A stretch of DNA of 63,104 bases, filler included. It is 7 parts of 7 records of this genome, joined end to end, with 100 filler letters (N's around TTAATTAATTAA, not from the genome) between each part and the next. Parts side by side here need not be neighbours in the genome. Positions count along the whole stretch, not along the records: positions 1 to 9,470 come from SRR20825019_2107; 6 more parts are not named here. One strand, given 5' to 3'. The first letter of the stretch is position 1. Each line of letters begins with the position of its first letter. The position numbers and the translations under genes were made by a program. Positions 1 to 8,818 of this stretch are shown piece after piece. A model generated the notes under the pieces. The model had not been told where the DNA came from and ran no database searches. It saw only the letters and a program-made list of their open reading frames with translations.

Positions 1-167
1 AGCGCCTTTGCTTGTCTCGTCGAGAACAAAGGCGGCGACAACCGGACGCCCTGTTCCCGCGGCGGCGCAAAGGGCAAGATTATCGCTGAGGCGCAAATCA
101 TGCCGGAACAGGAGCAGCACCGGACGCTCATCATCGGGGACCATGCACTCTCCCATGCACATCAGGG

Positions 168-410
168 TCAATCATCGTTTGTGGCGTTGAGTTGTTCGGG
201 GCGCAAGCCCTCACGGCCACCTTCCTGCGTCTTTAGAAGCCCTTTCGAAAGAGCCCATGTTCTGAGTGCTGTGAGGAGCGCCTGCTCACGGGTCATCCCG
301 GCGCCCTCCATGGCGCTGAAGCGGTCGAGGGCCGCAACGATGTCGTTTGGAAGCGCGCGCGATAAAGTGGCCAGCGAGGTATGAGGCCGTGTGTCAGGTT
401 GCTGTTTCAT
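168..410 (-). CDS. small hypothetical protein ending GLRPEQLNATNDD
   Basis: 80-aa ORF with ATG start; the C-terminal GxxPxxLNAxND-type motif resembles small alphaproteobacterial proteins. Confidence 0.55.
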   Translation of the reverse strand: MKQQPDTRPHTSLATLSRALPNDIVAALDRFSAMEGAGMTREQALLTALRTWALSKGLLKTQEGGREGLRPEQLNATNDD

Positions 411-555
411 GGTTCCCGCCCGAATCTGGTGTGTTCACATACAATCGGTGCGGTTTAAAAACGTTCCGTCGATCTCAGGCAGCTCACGCATCCGTGTTCG
501 GGTCGTGCACAGGGACGGGCGTGTTCGAGGGACAGCATTCAGCAAGAGTGCCGAC

Positions 556-2133
556 CTACGGCTGGGAATGCTGCCAGAACGGGCGGAACGCCTGCAATCG
601 CTTCCAGTCTTCGATCGTGGCGGGCCAATCATAGACGCTGCGTGTTTCACAGGCTCCCAACAGGCGGCCGATGGCGCGTTGCGCGGACGGGTCGTTGATG
701 GAGGAGAGTGGCGGCCTGCAGAGAATCAACTGGGTCACGGCTGCGTCGTTCAGACTGCCAAACATCGTTTGCAGCGTTTTCAGCCGGCTCGATAACCGCT
801 TCACATCGGCAGGCGCGTAGAGGGGGCCGAGGAACTCTATCGCATAGCGGAGCTTTTTCAGCGCCTTGCGCAACGCGTGTTTCTGATCCGTGGCGAAGCT
901 CTCGATCCCTTCAGCGCGGGTGAGGAGGTGGTTCCACCGTTTTTCCAGTTTCTCATCTGCCAGATCTTTGAGTTTTCGGTTGGGTTTTGCCGGTGTGCGA
1001 AGACCTGTCTGGATCAATTCGGAGAGACCAAGCAAAAAGACGTTCACGCGCTCTGTAGACAGCGTATGCCGGAGATCGGCACGAACCTTACGGGCGTGCC
1101 GCTCAAGTGTGCTCAAAACGAGGTTTGCGCCGGGTTCCCGGTGAATTCTGGCATAGAAAGGGCGGGCGACATCGTTGAGGACGACGTCAAGATCGCGCAA
1201 GCGCCCAACCTCGTGGCCCAACCAGCGTGCCTCATTTGCAAACTGGATAACAATGGAGGGTTCGATCACCCTGTTGAACAGGGAAAGCGCGCTGCGCAGC
1301 CTCCGAAGGCCAATGCGCAATTGATGTGGGCCTTCCATATCCTCGGTTTTCCGGACAGCCTCGATGTTTGCTGAAATCTGCGCCAGACATTCCTGCAGCA
1401 TGTCCTGGGCTGCTTCGCCAATGCTGCTCTTTCGGGTAATCGGCACGCGAACTGCCTTGCGGGGCACGGCAGGGGGCTCGATGTAACCGTGTTTGGCCAG
1501 GAGAACACTGCGTGCCGCCTTGGAGAAGCGGGAAAACCTCAGGGCGCCATCCGGCAGTATCATGCGTGCGCCTCTGTAGAGGCCGGTTGGGTGTCCCTCG
1601 ATCAACTCGATCTCGAGCTCATGGAGAGGGGCGCTGCGTCCTGCTGCCTTCACGGCGCCGCTGTCTAAAGCGATTTCGGCTTTTGTACCGTCGTCGAGAT
1701 GAAGGTCGACCTGCGTGCGGCGTATGCGGGTTTCAGCAACCGTTTGGAGTTGGGTGTTCTTAACGAGCCGTGTGATGCGATCCCGGACTTCCTCGTTTTC
1801 GATTGCATCGATGGAAACCACGCCCGCAGGAACCATCCGCTCGATTTCGGTGACCCTGGACAGACCGCCTTTGATGGAGCCGTCGAGCTTGACCGTTTGC
1901 AGCCATTGCGTGCCCGTGCACCGAAGACGCAGCGTAATTCCATTTTCGCGCAGAGCACCTTCCGGCGTGTCGAAATAGAGGCTGTGCAGATGCCGTGTGC
2001 CGCGTATCCTGCGTGTTGCGGTAGGTAGTCGCTCGATGCGCGCGAGAGTGTCGGGCACTTGCTGTTTCTCCAGCAAAAGCTTCAACTCGATTTCTGGCAA
2101 GAAAGATCCCCGCAAATTCCGCAGTGCGAGCAC
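556..2133 (-). CDS. CYTH + CHAD domain protein (inorganic triphosphatase YgiF-like)
   Basis: N-terminal EIELK (ExExK), YFDTP, LRLR and ELEIEL CYTH motifs; HQLRIGLRRLRS, LRDLDV and HALRKALKKLRY CHAD motifs; true start may be TTG at 2100. Confidence 0.9.
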   Translation of the reverse strand: MLALRNLRGSFLPEIELKLLLEKQQVPDTLARIERLPTATRRIRGTRHLHSLYFDTPEGALRENGITLRLRCTGTQWLQTVKLDGSIKGGLSRVTEIERMVPAGVVSIDAIENEEVRDRITRLVKNTQLQTVAETRIRRTQVDLHLDDGTKAEIALDSGAVKAAGRSAPLHELEIELIEGHPTGLYRGARMILPDGALRFSRFSKAARSVLLAKHGYIEPPAVPRKAVRVPITRKSSIGEAAQDMLQECLAQISANIEAVRKTEDMEGPHQLRIGLRRLRSALSLFNRVIEPSIVIQFANEARWLGHEVGRLRDLDVVLNDVARPFYARIHREPGANLVLSTLERHARKVRADLRHTLSTERVNVFLLGLSELIQTGLRTPAKPNRKLKDLADEKLEKRWNHLLTRAEGIESFATDQKHALRKALKKLRYAIEFLGPLYAPADVKRLSSRLKTLQTMFGSLNDAAVTQLILCRPPLSSINDPSAQRAIGRLLGACETRSVYDWPATIEDWKRLQAFRPFWQHSQP

Positions 2134-2334
2134 GCTCGGCTACGGTTTATACTAGACCGGATCCATACAGGATGAAACGTTCTTGCGGCGCAAACCATTC
2201 GCGCTGGCCCGGGTTTCGTGAGGAGTTGCAAGGATCAGGTGGTGACAATTAGCACGCAAAGGCGGCAAACCGCTAGCGAACGCAGTCCGGCCGAAAGGCG
2301 GCTGGCACAATATCGGACGTCTCTTGATAAAGAA

Positions 2335-2351
2335 TGGCTCCCCGGGCCGGA
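2335..2351 (-). other. att core: duplicated 3' end of tRNA-Asn (TCCGGCCCGGGGAGCCA)
   Basis: The reverse complement of TGGCTCCCCGGGCCGGA looks like T-stem, acceptor stem and CCA of alphaproteobacterial tRNA-Asn(GTT); the match stops at the T-loop; it lies about 140 bp upstream of the integrase. Confidence 0.75.
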
Positions 2352-2467
2352 GTCATTTTATCGAAAATGCTGTTCCATTGTAGACACTGCGGCTTAGTAA
2401 CTCCCTGAAATCGCTTGTATTCGCTGACCATGCTATCCATAGTGGTTACCACTAGCGCAAAGCCCAT

Positions 2468-2487
2468 TGTGGGGAAAATGTGGGGAA
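2468..2487 (+). repeat. direct repeat TGTGGGGAA x2 (11-bp period), putative integrase arm-type sites
   Basis: tgtggggaaaatgtggggaa lies between att core and integrase start; palindrome TAGTGGT-T-ACCACTA at 2440-2454 is nearby. Confidence 0.5.
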
Positions 2488-2494
2488 GACTGCT

Positions 2495-3691
2495 ATGGGG
2501 AGCCACACTCTAAACGCGTTGACGGTCCGTCAAATCACGACAAGCAAGAAGGCAAAGCTGCGTGACGGTGGCGGCCTTTGGCTGATTACAAAAGGCAGCA
2601 GCCGTTACTGGATTTTCCAATTCAGTATGAACGGCAAGCGGCGCGAGATGGGGCTGGGGCCGCTGCATAGTGTAGGGCTTGCCGAGGCGCGGGAGAAGGC
2701 CGCAAGCGCGCGTGCATTGGTGCGCCAGGGTATCGATCCTATCGCGCAGAAAACCATTGATGCGATCGAAGATGCGCGCGCCGTTGGTGGTGCCAAAACC
2801 TTTGGTCAGTATGCAGACGAATTTGTAGATAAAGCGGTCAAGGCTGGCCGTTGGCGAGGCAAGAAGACTGAGGCTCGCTGGCGGAACATTCTCAATAATC
2901 ACGCGGCGGGCATTCGGGATAAGCCGATTGCAAAAATCGAGGTCGCGGACGTGCTGGATGTCGTCAATCCTCTATGGGGGATTAAGCAGGAAACGGCGGA
3001 AAAGCTTCGCGAGTCTATCGAGCGCGTTTTGGACGCCGCGAAAGTGGAAGGATTGCGGGAGGGTGACAATCCTGCGGCATGGCGCGGGAACCTTGAACAC
3101 GTGCTCCACAAGCCCGATGCGATCGCACGAACGAATAATTATGCGGCTATGCCTTGGAAAGATGTTCCCGCGTTCATGCGGCGATTGCGTGGCCTTGAAA
3201 CCGTGGGCTCGCAAGCGCTCGAATTCACAGTTCTGACAGCCGCACGGAGTGGCGAAGTACGGGGTGCGATGTGGAGCGAGTTCGATTTAGATAATGCACT
3301 GTGGACTATTCCCGCAGCGCGCATGAAGGCGGGAAAGGTGCATCGCGTTCCGCTTTCGCCGCGCGCAGTCGAATTGCTGCAGTATAGAAAGCGCATGGGG
3401 CTGAATGATTTCGTCTTCCCCGGTGCGCGCGACAGGCGGCCAATATCGGAAAACACCATGTCAAAAGTGCTCCGCGACAATGGCGGGGCAGGATTCACGG
3501 TGCATGGTTTCCGTTCTGCATTTCGCGACTGGGTTACCGAATCCACCGCATTTGACGGGGATCTTGCTGAAATGGCACTGGCGCACGCCGTAGGAGACGC
3601 GGTGGCGCGAGCTTATGCGCGCAGCGACGCGTTAGAAAAGCGGCGCGATCTTATGAACGCATGGGAACAGCATTGTGCCAGACACAACTAA
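2495..3691 (+). CDS. int: P4-like tyrosine integrase
   Basis: Arm-binding N-terminus (DGGGLWL...GKRREMGLG); catalytic R (TAARSGE), HGFR, LAH and AYAR motifs; ATG at 2495, alternative GTG at 2480. Confidence 0.95.
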   Translation: MGSHTLNALTVRQITTSKKAKLRDGGGLWLITKGSSRYWIFQFSMNGKRREMGLGPLHSVGLAEAREKAASARALVRQGIDPIAQKTIDAIEDARAVGGAKTFGQYADEFVDKAVKAGRWRGKKTEARWRNILNNHAAGIRDKPIAKIEVADVLDVVNPLWGIKQETAEKLRESIERVLDAAKVEGLREGDNPAAWRGNLEHVLHKPDAIARTNNYAAMPWKDVPAFMRRLRGLETVGSQALEFTVLTAARSGEVRGAMWSEFDLDNALWTIPAARMKAGKVHRVPLSPRAVELLQYRKRMGLNDFVFPGARDRRPISENTMSKVLRDNGGAGFTVHGFRSAFRDWVTESTAFDGDLAEMALAHAVGDAVARAYARSDALEKRRDLMNAWEQHCARHN

Positions 3692-3834
3692 TCATTGTGC
3701 CAGCATAAATTTCGCTTGACTTTTTTAGGTGAAAACGTCTAAATATTCGGTTGTTATCCAAATGGTTGGATATAACCCATCATGGCCAATATAGGTCATA
3801 TCCAGAATATGTGTCAAGAGGAAATTTCGGAAAA

Positions 3835-4038
3835 ATGCAGGCACAGAACGATAACTACCCGCTCGTCTCCCTCAATGATGCAGCGAAGATGTGCGCGCTT
3901 TCCCGCACCATGGTCAACCGGTATCGCGCGGAAGGCCGCTTTCCGCGTGCCGTTCAACTCGGTGAGCGCCGCATCGCCTTCGTGCGCGCCGAGGTTCAAG
4001 AGTGGATTAACGAGAAGATTGCGGCACGCGCCGCGTGA
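3835..4038 (+). CDS. alpA: AlpA family transcriptional regulator/excisionase
   Basis: LVSLNDAAKMCALSRTMVNRYRAEGRFPRAVQLGERRIAFVRAEVQEW is a typical AlpA HTH; located right after the integrase. Confidence 0.9.
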   Translation: MQAQNDNYPLVSLNDAAKMCALSRTMVNRYRAEGRFPRAVQLGERRIAFVRAEVQEWINEKIAARAA

Positions 4039-4376
4039 CGGCCACCAAGCCCAACAATGAAGAACCGCGGGCAACGCGGCGAACCCATTCACCCAACGGG
4101 GAAATACCAAACTTGAAAATCGAGAACTGCAGGCCAATCCGCCACCACGGCGGAGGGCGATTCCGCGACGTTGCGGAATTTGACGCCGTTATCGCGGACG
4201 GATTCCGCGCAAATGGTTTGAAGCTCGCCATCGCTGCAGATGGCAAAAAGTTCGTGTTCGCACCGGCGAAGAATGGCCGGCGCTTTGCCACACTACGAGG
4301 CGATTACGCACGTCAGCTCGCTGAAGCTGCCTGGAACAAGCTGGAGGGCCGTGTCGCCGATGCATACGACCAATAA
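4035..4376 (+). CDS. hypothetical protein, possibly SpoVG-like nucleic-acid-binding fold
   Basis: GTG start overlaps the alpA stop; beta-rich pattern VAEFDAVIADGFRANGLKL...GKKFVFAP. Confidence 0.6.
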   Translation: MTATKPNNEEPRATRRTHSPNGEIPNLKIENCRPIRHHGGGRFRDVAEFDAVIADGFRANGLKLAIAADGKKFVFAPAKNGRRFATLRGDYARQLAEAAWNKLEGRVADAYDQ

Positions 4377-6066
4377 TCTTCCCACTCTTGACGAAATCGT
4401 CGGCCTTGTCGGTGGCGAGCCAGATCATGAGGCGGGCGTTATTCGCGGCGCCGCTATAGCGGACAATCCGTGCAACATCTTCGTTTCTGGATGGGGATCC
4501 TACAAGGTTGCTCCGCAAGCAGGAGCGAAGCGCGAGCGCCGGGAGCTGCAGGCTTACCTTAACGTCCTTCTCGACCTGCCGGTTATCGATCCTGACGCTG
4601 ACAACGACAACGGACCGGTCGACGTCTGGGCGCGTCGCCAAAGTCCGCCACTTGTGCCGGATGTACTGCCGGACACCATTGGGGCATTCGCGGACATTAC
4701 AGCCGATGTGATGGGCGTCGATGCGGGCGGCCTAGCCATGGCAGCGCTTACAGCCTGCGCAGCCGCTATCCCTGACAGCATCAAGATCCAGCCAAAGGAG
4801 CATGACCAGTATTGGCGCGAATCTGCGCGGATATGGACAGCGATTATTGGCGGTCCGTCTGCGAAGAAGTCGCCGCTAATCAGCGCCTCCTTGCGCCCAC
4901 TGAAACGCATCGATGGTGAGATGCGCCAACGATACCTCGAAGCCAAGGTGAAGTACGATGCGTTGGACAAGGCCGAGAAGGTGAAAGCACAGCCGCCACG
5001 CCACGAGCGCTTGATCCTGGGTGATACGACACCGGAAGCTGCTGCAGACGTGATTAAGGACAGCCCCAACGGTGTGCTGCTCGCGCAGGACGAGCTTTCA
5101 GGCTGGTTTGGCAGCATGGAGAAATACGCAGGCAGCGGACGCGGTGCGCAGAAGGATCGCGCCTTTTGGCTCGAAGCGTTCAACGGCGGGCCGTACAGTG
5201 TCGACCGCGTCGGTCGCGGATCCATTCACGTGCCGAATCTGTCGGTATCGCTGGTCGGCGGGATCCAGCCGGAACTCATTCGCTCGATCGCGCGCGACAG
5301 TCTGGATGACGGCCTACTGCAGCGACTTTTTCCCATTGTCCTGCGTAAAGGCCGTATGGGCAAGGATGTGCCAATGCCGGATGTCGGGAAAGAATACCAG
5401 CGTCTCATAGAACGGCTGGTGCAGTTGAAACAGCCTAAGCGCGGCGACTTTCCGGTCGATGTGGTTCGGTTCTCACCAGAAGCACAGGCAATCTGGCGTG
5501 AGGTGACTACCCGAAACTTCGAACTGGCTTCGTCCTGGGAGGCTGTCAATTCGAAGCTGGCCGCGCATTTTGGCAAATACGACGGAATGTTCGCGCGCTT
5601 GTGCCTCGTGTGGCATTGCATCGAAAGCGAAGGTGACAGGCCGGCCGCGCTGGTTTCGGAGAGCGTTGCAGCCCGTGTCCGCGACTTTCTGTTTGGCTAC
5701 CTGATGCCGCATGCGATCGCATTCTATACCAATGTGGTCGGTCTCTCAGACAAACACGACGCGCTGTTGGCTACCGCGGGTTGGGTACTAGCCCACAAGA
5801 AGAAAGTCGTTTCCGTACGCGACGCACGCCAAGCTGTCCGGCCGCTCAAGAGTGCCGACCGGCAGGTGGCTGAAGACGTTCTGGAGCAGCTGGACGCCTT
5901 CGGCTGGCTGGAGCCAATCCACACAATCATCCGACGCGATTCCAGACAGTGGATGGTCCGTTCGGTGGTACACGAGAAGTTCGCAGACCGTGCCGTTGAA
6001 GAAGCCGAACGGCGGGCCGAAGTCCGTCACCTGATAGCCAATAGCGTGGAAACACTGGCTGCATAA
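4360..6066 (+). CDS. DUF3987/YfjI-type replication helicase-like protein
   Basis: Deviant Walker A (IIGGPSAKKSP), DTTPEA, Walker B (LLAQDE), LVGGIQP and DDGLLQR motifs; ATG at 4360 with GGAGGG upstream. Confidence 0.85.
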   Translation: MHTTNNLPTLDEIVGLVGGEPDHEAGVIRGAAIADNPCNIFVSGWGSYKVAPQAGAKRERRELQAYLNVLLDLPVIDPDADNDNGPVDVWARRQSPPLVPDVLPDTIGAFADITADVMGVDAGGLAMAALTACAAAIPDSIKIQPKEHDQYWRESARIWTAIIGGPSAKKSPLISASLRPLKRIDGEMRQRYLEAKVKYDALDKAEKVKAQPPRHERLILGDTTPEAAADVIKDSPNGVLLAQDELSGWFGSMEKYAGSGRGAQKDRAFWLEAFNGGPYSVDRVGRGSIHVPNLSVSLVGGIQPELIRSIARDSLDDGLLQRLFPIVLRKGRMGKDVPMPDVGKEYQRLIERLVQLKQPKRGDFPVDVVRFSPEAQAIWREVTTRNFELASSWEAVNSKLAAHFGKYDGMFARLCLVWHCIESEGDRPAALVSESVAARVRDFLFGYLMPHAIAFYTNVVGLSDKHDALLATAGWVLAHKKKVVSVRDARQAVRPLKSADRQVAEDVLEQLDAFGWLEPIHTIIRRDSRQWMVRSVVHEKFADRAVEEAERRAEVRHLIANSVETLAA

Positions 6067-6070
6067 CAAG

Positions 6071-6175
6071 AGTGGGGACGACTGGAGATTGCGCGCGAGA
6101 CAAAAAAGTTTTTGAGGGGGGATTCTATAATTCTTTCTCACCTTGCCACGCGCGCAATCCCCATATGTCCCCACT
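6071..6175. repeat. bipartite inverted repeat around an A/T-tract core; putative element origin
   Basis: AGTGGGGAC-N7-GATTGCGCGCG ... 51 nt ... CGCGCGCAATC-N7-GTCCCCACT, directly after the replication gene. Confidence 0.7.
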
Positions 6176-6199
6176 TCAATTTCAACCGAGGAGACAACC

Positions 6200-6395
6200 A
6201 TGGGAATTACGCGTGTTCGCAATCGAACCCTTTATCGCAGACCGTTTTGTTATCGATGCTGATGGAAGCGGCTGGCAGCAATGCCGTGTGATTGGCGTGA
6301 CCATGCAGGACGGCGCGCCCTTCTACATAATTGAAGTGAGCGAGGCCGGTGAGACGCATCTGACCACCACCGAGACCATCCGGAAGCGGCCCTAA
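6200..6395 (+). pseudogene. small hypothetical gene with an apparent +1 insertion after the start codon
   Basis: GAGGAG RBS then ATGGGAATTA; deleting one G gives MELRVFAIEPF...IRKRP, which continues the 6072..6395 frame. Confidence 0.5.
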
Positions 6396-6408
6396 GGGAG
6401 GAACCTCA

Positions 6409-6543
6409 ATGCGCCAATCCTACTCCACCAGCTTCGGCGTAACGATGAGACGCATATCGTGGCAGCGCTTCTGGCTGCTACGCCCCGACCTGCGGCCCGT
6501 GGCGAACGATAACAGATCGCAGCCAACTGCACGGGCCGCCTGA
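6409..6543 (+). CDS. 44-aa peptide ending in an ssrA-tag-like sequence (not in ORF track)
   Basis: AGGGAGG RBS; translates as MRQSYSTSFGVTMRRISWQRFWLLRPDLRPVANDNRSQPTARAA*; an internal ATG could be the start. Confidence 0.7.
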   Translation: MRQSYSTSFGVTMRRISWQRFWLLRPDLRPVANDNRSQPTARAA

Positions 6544-6655
6544 AAGTCCAGAAGCGCCCCGATGCGGTACCGGCCGCACAGCAAAACGCGTTACGCCGCA
6601 GGTTTTAAAGAAGTGATCCAAGCGCCCGCAGAGGCGCATTCCAAGGGAGTTACCA

Positions 6656-7893
6656 TGCCGACATTTGACAGGAGCGCAGAAGTCCCGAAAGGGCAGCGCT
6701 TTTACACTAGCCCTAAAACCATGAAGACATGGGGAGCTGGCGGCCCGCGCGTATCCGGCGCGACCGAAGAATATGAAACTCAAGGCTGGCTAGTCACACG
6801 ACCACCGGAAGGTAGAGCATGGGATGACTACCACCCTGTTCGCCTTCGTCGCGTGCTGCGGCAGCGTGTGGAGCCCCAAGGCTGGATAGGCGCAAGAAAA
6901 GCACCCACGAAGCGCGGCACGGTTATCCCATTTCCTAACGATGGCCCCAGCGCAGATTGGCTGGCGCAGCGGAATGCCGCCGGCCATGCAACCAAGACAG
7001 ACCGCCCTCTGACAATGGTAGAAGGCGCGCTGGTGCGCTCAAAATCGCCACTCGTTATTACGTTGCGGCGGGTGTCCGAGTTAATGCGTCCTATCACCAT
7101 GACGGCTGCAAATGACAACGAACCTGACGACGATGAGGATGCGAATCCCGGTGTGGGCCTTGAGAGGAAGCACAGCCAATCGAACATGCTTCCCAGTATC
7201 CCCGAGATGCTTGCGGCGTTCGCAGACGGAATGCGTCCTCGTGTCGTCACCGATAAAGGTGGGAAGATGAAGCGCTTCCCAGGCGGCCGGACGTTTCAGG
7301 GTGGCTGGCAGCTAATAGGCACCACCGACCATGGCAATAGTCTGTCCGGTCTCATTTTCATCGACGGTGAGCTCATTGCTTATGGTGATTACAACGGCCG
7401 GCGTCGCAAGCCAAAATACCTCGATGGCATGGTGACGGAGCAGAAGTTTGACGATGACTCCGTGACGGCTGACCACGTTCGACGGCAGGACGGCGAGAAC
7501 GAGACCTATATTCGCCTTGGTGGTGGCAGGCAGCCCGCAGCCAACGACAACGCCCCGCCTATGACAATCGACGGCGTCCCGGTTCGCCGGTTCCCTGCCG
7601 GCATCGCTGCTGGGTACGGCAGGCTCGCGGGCGTTTCCGAATCGAAGGGCGTTGGCAAGGACAGGACCAGGGCACCGCGGAGCGAAGTTCTGAACGAGAT
7701 GGAGCGCACTGACCGCCTTGCTGAGATGGAGCTAGACCAATGCGACCTGGATATCATCGAAGACGTGTTGGCTGACTTCTCCTATACGAGGATTGCGCAG
7801 GAGCGCGGCTACGCTCAGTCGTCGGCGCACAGGTCAGGCAAGCGGCTGGTCGAAAACGCCCTTACAAGAATTTCTGAAAAAATCGCGGCCTAA
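6656..7893 (+). CDS. hypothetical protein with C-terminal HTH (sigma-70 region 4-like)
   Basis: Long ORF (frame open from 6562; AAGGGAG before ATG 6656); C-terminal FSYTRIAQERGYAQSSAHR HTH pattern; two AANDN motifs; ends KIAA. Confidence 0.7.
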
Positions 7894-7950
7894 GTACCGA
7901 AACGGCCAGAATACAGCCCCCTTTAGTGAGGGGCACGGTTCCCAAACTCA

Positions 7951-7977
7951 GGGCGGCTTCGGCCGCCCTTTCTATTT
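7951..7977 (+). terminator. intrinsic terminator
   Basis: GGGCGGC-TTCG-GCCGCCC followed by TTTCTATTT. Confidence 0.75.
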
Positions 7978-8019
7978 GCCTGAGCTCAATCCCAATTTTT
8001 TCAAAAAGGAGGCGGTCCG

Positions 8020-8514
8020 ATGACGAAGTCGGAGTATCTCGCCCTGCTGTCACGCCGTCTCGGCGTTACGGCCGTACACGTCAGAGCAATCGTCGATCGT
8101 CTCCACGACGCCGGCATGGTGACGCCAACACGCTCAAAACGGCATCCTCCGCCCATCGATGAACCCGACGTGGTCGCCATCCTGCTAGCGGTCATCGCCG
8201 ACCGAGGTCTCGAACATGCCGCAGACAATGCCTGGCAGCTCGCAGCCGCGCACCATAATGGCGAGCAGTTCTCGGACTTCATGACCCAGCTGCTTTTCGG
8301 GCCGCCGCGCCATGTTGGGCACGTAATCATTCATCGTGAAGGTGCGTCCATCGTGGTCGATGCCGTGCACATGGAGTTTGGTGAGCGCAGCGAAGTGCCG
8401 ATCAGGTTCATTCCTGGCGGGGTGCTGATGGCCATTGCCGCGGAACTTCAGGGCGCATCGCCACGCGATGCAGACGCTATCGCAGCAATTACAAGGATCC
8501 AGAATGGAAATTGA
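8020..8514 (+). CDS. hypothetical protein with N-terminal HTH-like region
   Basis: AAGGAGG RBS; LSRRLGVTAVHVRAIVDRLHDAGMV resembles a wHTH. Confidence 0.7.
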   Translation: MTKSEYLALLSRRLGVTAVHVRAIVDRLHDAGMVTPTRSKRHPPPIDEPDVVAILLAVIADRGLEHAADNAWQLAAAHHNGEQFSDFMTQLLFGPPRHVGHVIIHREGASIVVDAVHMEFGERSEVPIRFIPGGVLMAIAAELQGASPRDADAIAAITRIQNGN

Positions 8515-8818
8515 CGAACTGATTGATGCCGCTGCCCGCGCGGCAGTGGAAGACCCCGCATCGGCAGAACATGCCGCCTCAGAGCGGGAAGCCCTTCTGG
8601 AGCATGGCAAAGAGGCCAAGCATCATGTGTGGGAAATGCATTACGCTAACGCGACCATGCGTGCCCACCTCCGCAAAAAGCTGGCTGCCAGCCCGCCAGC
8701 CTTTCAGGCTGCCGTTGCGGCAGTTGAAAACATCCTCGCCGATGAGTTGGCGGAGGACAACAAGCGCCGCGCGGCGATCCGCGCCGAATACCCGAATCTC
8801 TATAAGGAATACGAATGA
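8504..8818 (+). CDS. hypothetical helical protein
   Basis: AAGGA RBS; overlaps the upstream gene and the capsid start (ATGA coupling). Confidence 0.65.
   Translation: MEIDELIDAAARAAVEDPASAEHAASEREALLEHGKEAKHHVWEMHYANATMRAHLRKKLAASPPAFQAAVAAVENILADELAEDNKRRAAIRAEYPNLYKEYE

Noticed and set aside
168-410. NATNDD ending as part of the satellite's ssrA mimicry
   Set aside because: Lies outside the att boundary, lacks ANDN and terminal AA, and resembles a separate small-protein motif
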